A DNA stretch of 64,000 nt, from contig CAVZQC010000004.1 of the NCBI GenBank assembly GCA_963777315.1, positions 192,001 through 256,000 of the forward strand, given 5' to 3'. The position numbers and the translations under genes were made by a program. The notes beneath the pieces were generated by a model. That model worked only from the letters and a program-made list of their open reading frames with translations. It was not told where the DNA came from and did no database searches. Below, piece by piece: positions 60,143 through 64,000 of this stretch. How positions within the stretch are numbered: the first letter of the stretch is position 1; each line of letters opens with the position of its first letter. Origin of the DNA: Vulcanimicrobiota bacterium (GTDB taxonomy: Bacteria; Vulcanimicrobiota; Vulcanimicrobiia; Vulcanimicrobiales; Vulcanimicrobiaceae).

Positions 60143-61255
60143 ATGAAATACGTAGACGAGTTTCGCGATCCCGAGCTGATCGCCAACGTTGCGCGCGAAA
60201 TAACGCGCATTGCGGATCCGCAGATCCATTACCGCATCATGGAAGTATGCGGAGGCCATACGCATTCGATCTACCGCCATGGCCTGCGCGACGTGCTGCC
60301 CAAGAACATCGAGCTCGTTCACGGTCCGGGATGCCCGGTTTGCGTGCTTCCGATGGGGCGCATCGACGACGGGCTTTGCCTTGCCGATCGCCCAAACACC
60401 GTGTTGACCGCGTTCGGCGACATGATGCGCGTGCCTGGCACCAAAGGCACCCCCTTGGAGTACAAGGCGCGCGGCGCGGATGTGCGAATGGTGTATTCGC
60501 CGCTCGACGCGCTTCGAATCGCGCAAAACGAACCCGGTAAGCACGTATGCTTTTTTGCGATCGGCTTCGAAACGACCGCGCCGTCGACTGCGCTGACGAT
60601 CCTTCGCGCCAAGGCCCTGGGCGTCGAAAATTTCAGCGTGTTTTGCAATCACGTCACGATTTTGCCGGCGATCCGCGCCATCTTGGATTCGCCCGACATG
60701 CGTCTGGACGGATTTATCGGACCAGGGCACGTTTCGACGATAACCGGCTGCCGTCCGTACGAATTCATCGCGGGCCGGTACGGCAAGCCCGTCGTCATCT
60801 CGGGCTTCGAGCCGCTCGATCTGCTCGAAGGCATCCTGATGGTGCTGCGCCAGCTGAGCGCCGGTCAAGCCAAAGTCGAGAACCAATACCGGCGCATCGT
60901 TCCGTGGGACGGCAACAGCGCCGCTCTGCGTGCAATGTCCGACGTTTTCGAGCTGCGGCCGTACTTCGAATGGCGCGGCCTGGGATTCATTTCGCAATCT
61001 GCGCTGAAAATCAAGAGCTCGTATGCCAAATGGGACAGCGAAGCGCGGTTCGAGCTGCCCGGAGTGCGCGTCACCGATCCCAAGGCGGCCCAGTGCGGAG
61101 AGATCCTCAAAGGCGTTCTTTCACCGCCGCAATGCAAACTGTTCGCAAACGCCTGTACGCCGGAGCATCCCGTCGGCGCGTTGATGGTCTCGAGCGAAGG
61201 CGCGTGCGCTGCGTATTACAAATACGTCGCGCGCGTCGATGCGCTGTCCGTTTAA
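60143..61255 (+). CDS. hypD: Hydrogenase maturation protein HypD
   Basis: MEVCGGHTH, GPGCPVC, GFETTAP, GPGHVS and MVSSEGACAAYY. Confidence 0.97.
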   Translation: MKYVDEFRDPELIANVAREITRIADPQIHYRIMEVCGGHTHSIYRHGLRDVLPKNIELVHGPGCPVCVLPMGRIDDGLCLADRPNTVLTAFGDMMRVPGTKGTPLEYKARGADVRMVYSPLDALRIAQNEPGKHVCFFAIGFETTAPSTALTILRAKALGVENFSVFCNHVTILPAIRAILDSPDMRLDGFIGPGHVSTITGCRPYEFIAGRYGKPVVISGFEPLDLLEGILMVLRQLSAGQAKVENQYRRIVPWDGNSAALRAMSDVFELRPYFEWRGLGFISQSALKIKSSYAKWDSEARFELPGVRVTDPKAAQCGEILKGVLSPPQCKLFANACTPEHPVGALMVSSEGACAAYYKYVARVDALSV

Positions 61256-61260
61256 ATGCC

Positions 61261-62280
61261 GTGAAAACCCGGATAGCGCAAATCGAGATGGCCCACGGCG
61301 CGGGCGGTAAGGCAACGCGCCGTTTGATCGAAGGGATGATCGTTCCGGCGCTGGCAAATCCTACGCTCGAAGCGCTTTCCGATGCGGCGCTGCTTACGGT
61401 CAAAGGAGCGCGGCTTGCGACGACCGCCGATGGATTCGTGGTCAAACCGCTGCGTTTTGCCGGTGGGTCGATCGGCTCGCTCGCGGTGCACGGCACGGTC
61501 AACGATCTCGCCGTTTCGGGTGCGCGCCCTTTGGCACTCATGGCAACGCTGATCTTGGAGGCGGGGCTTCCCGGCGAAGTGCTCGAGCAAGAAATCGACG
61601 CGATGGCGCAAGCGTGCCGCACGTCCGGCGTGAACGTCGTGGGCGGGGATACCAAGGTCGTCGAGCACGGTATGGCCGACGGCATGTACGTCACGACGTT
61701 CGGAATCGGCATCGTCGACGAGCGCCTTACGCTCGGCCCGCAGAACGTCCGCGCCGGCGACCGCGTGCTGATATCCGGCAATATCGGCGATCACGGCATC
61801 ACGATCTTACTCGCCCGCGGTGAATTGGAGTTGGAAGCCGAGATCGCTTCCGATTCCCGTCCGCTCACGCCGTTCGTGGATGCGTTGTGCGCCAGGTCCG
61901 CCGCGGGTCTGCGCTGGATGCGCGATCCGACTCGCGGCGGCGTTGCAACCGCGCTCAACGAGCTCGCGCGCGAAACGCGCCTGGCGATCGTGCTCGAAGA
62001 AGAAGCAATCCCAGTGCGCGATGAAGTCCGCGGCGCGTGCGAGCTGCTCGGATTGGATCCGCTGCACATCGCCAACGAAGGCCAGTTCATCGCTATCGTG
62101 TCGCCGCACGAAGCCCAGGCCGCGCTCGAGTCGCTGCAGAGCGTACCCGGCGGCGAAGCGGCGCGAACGATCGGCGTGGTTGAAGACGCGCCGGCCGCAA
62201 CGGTGCTCACGCGCACGCGATACGGTGGGACGCGTGTGGTCGACATGCTGGTCGGCGATCCGCTGCCGCGTATATGCTGA
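61261..62280 (+). CDS. hypE: Carbamoyl dehydratase HypE
   Basis: MAHGAGG, GTVNDLAVSGA, GGDTKVV, RDPTRGG and C-terminal PRIC. Confidence 0.97.
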   Translation: MKTRIAQIEMAHGAGGKATRRLIEGMIVPALANPTLEALSDAALLTVKGARLATTADGFVVKPLRFAGGSIGSLAVHGTVNDLAVSGARPLALMATLILEAGLPGEVLEQEIDAMAQACRTSGVNVVGGDTKVVEHGMADGMYVTTFGIGIVDERLTLGPQNVRAGDRVLISGNIGDHGITILLARGELELEAEIASDSRPLTPFVDALCARSAAGLRWMRDPTRGGVATALNELARETRLAIVLEEEAIPVRDEVRGACELLGLDPLHIANEGQFIAIVSPHEAQAALESLQSVPGGEAARTIGVVEDAPAATVLTRTRYGGTRVVDMLVGDPLPRIC

Positions 62281-63476
62281 CGGTTCAGCACGGCGATAAG
62301 GCCGCCCAGCTCGAAGACTTCATTCGCCGGCGGATCTTGGAGCGCAACGAGCCGTGCGCGCAGTTCTTCGCGCGCGAAGCGCTGCCGCTGGCCCGAGCGT
62401 GCCGCGAAATGGCCACGCGTTTTTTAAACGGCGGCCGGCTTTTGGCGTTCGGCACTGGACCATACGCGACCGATGCGATGCACGTGTCGGTGGAGTTCAT
62501 CCATCCCGTGATCGTGGGCAAGCGCGCGCTGCCGGCGCTTGACGTGAGCATGGCGTGCGAGCCGTGGATCCGCAGCATTTGCGGGCCTGCCGACATCGCG
62601 ATCGCCTTCGGGCCGCCCGAAGGCGGTCCGGCCTTGTCTTCGGCCCTAGATGAGGCAAAAACGCGCGGCGCCATGACGATCGCGTTTCCCGGCGATGCCG
62701 CGGATTATGCCGTCGCCGCCCCGAGCAGCGACGTACACGTGCACCAAGAGCTCTTCGAGCTGCTGGGCCATTCGATGTACGAATCGGTACACGTCTTTTT
62801 GGAACACCAGGGGACGGATGCGGCATCGAGCGACAGCCAGGGTGAGGCCTCGTTTCTCTATCCGTTCCTTTCAACCCAGGAACGGCCCATCGAATCCGTC
62901 GTCGACGAGGTCGCTTCTTCGATTCAGACCAAAGCGCGAGACGCAGCCGCACTGCGCGAGCGGGTAGCCGCGCAGGAAGCGTCGGCAATTGCCGGCGCGA
63001 CGCGCGCGATTGGTGGACGCCTAGCTGCCGGGGGACGGATTCTGGCGTTCGGCAACGGCGGTTCGGCAACGGACGCGACGGACTTTGCGCTGGATTGCAT
63101 CATGCCCGAAAAGGGATGGGCGCCGATACCGGCCGTCTCGCTGGCGCTCGAACCGGCCGTAATAACGGCAACCGCAAACGACGTCGGAAGCGACCTGATC
63201 TTTCTGCGGCAGCTCATTGCCCAGTCGAATCCGAAAGACGTGGCATTTGCGTTCTCCACGAGCGGCGGTTCGCGCAACGTGGTGGCCGCGCTGGAAGAAG
63301 CGCGCAAACGCGGCTTGCTCACCGTAGCTCTGCTGGGATACGACGGCGGGGAGATCGCGCACCGCGGCTTGGCCGACGCGGCGATCGTCGTGCGCAGCGA
63401 TTACATCCCGCGCATTCAAGAAGCGCAGGGGACGATCTACCACGTCTTGCGCGAAGCGCTGGCAACTCCCCACTAG
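62274..63476 (+). CDS. Double SIS-domain (GmhA-like) protein
   Basis: Two repeats: GGRLLAFG...HVSVEFIHPVIVGKRALPA and GGRILAFGNGGSATDA...STSGGSRNV...PRIQE. Confidence 0.85.
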   Translation: MLTVQHGDKAAQLEDFIRRRILERNEPCAQFFAREALPLARACREMATRFLNGGRLLAFGTGPYATDAMHVSVEFIHPVIVGKRALPALDVSMACEPWIRSICGPADIAIAFGPPEGGPALSSALDEAKTRGAMTIAFPGDAADYAVAAPSSDVHVHQELFELLGHSMYESVHVFLEHQGTDAASSDSQGEASFLYPFLSTQERPIESVVDEVASSIQTKARDAAALRERVAAQEASAIAGATRAIGGRLAAGGRILAFGNGGSATDATDFALDCIMPEKGWAPIPAVSLALEPAVITATANDVGSDLIFLRQLIAQSNPKDVAFAFSTSGGSRNVVAALEEARKRGLLTVALLGYDGGEIAHRGLADAAIVVRSDYIPRIQEAQGTIYHVLREALATPH

Positions 63477-63482
63477 TATATC

Positions 63483-63713
63483 GTGCTCGAACTTTTTGGA
63501 ACCGCTTCCTGTCCCTACACCGCACAGCTGCGCGAAGATTTGCAGTGGCGCGGCGAGCAATTCGTCGAGCACGACGTGGACGGCGACGCGAGCGCGCTGG
63601 CCCGGATGCTGGAAATCGGCCGTGGAAACCGTACGGTTCCCCTGTTGGTTCGGGACGGAGAAGTCGTGCAAGTCGGCTATGAAGGGCGTGGCTGTTACGC
63701 GGGCGGCGGTTAA
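63483..63713 (+). CDS. Glutaredoxin-like protein
   Basis: SCPYT, EHDVD, RTVP (cis-Pro) and C-terminal GRGC. Confidence 0.8.
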   Translation: MLELFGTASCPYTAQLREDLQWRGEQFVEHDVDGDASALARMLEIGRGNRTVPLLVRDGEVVQVGYEGRGCYAGGG

Positions 63714-64000
63714 AGAGGCGCGCCGTCTGCACGTGCACGGCATCGTGCAGGGCGTCGGTTTTCGGCCCTTCGTCTACCGTCTGGCGAGCGAGTATGGAAT
63801 CACGGGATGGGTGCTCAACGGTGAGAGCGGGGTAGAAATTCACGCCGAGGGTGAGCGCGACGCGCTCGAACGGCTGCAGCAGGCTCTCGTACAACGTCCG
63901 CCTCCGGCAGCGCGCGTCGCCGGCGTAGAGGTTCGCTCCACCGAAATGCGCGGCTTCGATCGCTTCGAAATACATCGCAGCGAACGGCGCGCAACGCCCA
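63679..64000 (+). CDS. hypF: Carbamoyltransferase HypF, N-terminal acylphosphatase domain (3'-truncated by the window edge)
   Basis: Hand translation: VHGIVQGVGFRPFVYRLASEYGITGWVLN...GVEIHAEG. Start at 63679 (ATG) or 63688 (GTG). Confidence 0.92.
   Translation, partial: MKGVAVTRAAVKEARRLHVHGIVQGVGFRPFVYRLASEYGITGWVLNGESGVEIHAEGERDALERLQQALVQRPPPAARVAGVEVRSTEMRGFDRFEIHRSERRATP

Noticed and set aside
60547..61260. N-terminal extensions in the ORF track (hypE from 60547; also 39800..42265, 41709, 33833, 17464, 19641, 52629)
   Set aside because: They overlap neighbouring real genes or promoter regions. Starts were trimmed to RBS- or homology-supported codons.

Overview
High-GC bacterial chromosomal window. 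Eremiobacterota/Vulcanimicrobiota (WPS-2)-like origin is a tentative inference from rpoC style, Pro/Thr-linker lipoproteins and the group 1h hydrogenase. It has three parts. (1) 1-32.6 kb: a Wzx/Wzy-type exopolysaccharide island with glycosyltransferases, a priming sugar transferase, a flippase, a split Wzc with a degenerate kinase, ugd, three paralogous secreted clan GH-A-like proteins and LuxR-HTH regulators at both ends. Embedded in it is an unusual module: a stand-alone NRPS A-PCP didomain with the leucine code DAWFLGNVVK, a cytochrome P450, two paralogous GNAT-like proteins and a PPTase, with no condensation or thioesterase domain. This is a candidate carrier-protein pathway for decorating polysaccharide with (hydroxy)leucine. 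An 18-bp palindrome, ATCCCT-N6-AGGGAT, recurs at seven or eight promoters across the island, 21-23 nt upstream of a -10 hexamer. It also precedes two small genes that encode only the LuxR N-terminal domain. Three island genes carry +1 frameshifts. (2) 32.6-50.4 kb: metabolic and housekeeping genes, including an rpoC with its own promoter and no adjacent rpoB. (3) 50.4-64 kb: a group 1h (high-affinity) [NiFe]-hydrogenase cluster with a NiCoT transporter, hypAB, a hemerythrin-domain gene, hhySL, accessory genes, hypCDE, a GmhA-like gene, a glutaredoxin-like gene and the start of hypF. No rRNA, tRNA, CRISPR array or transposase was recognised.
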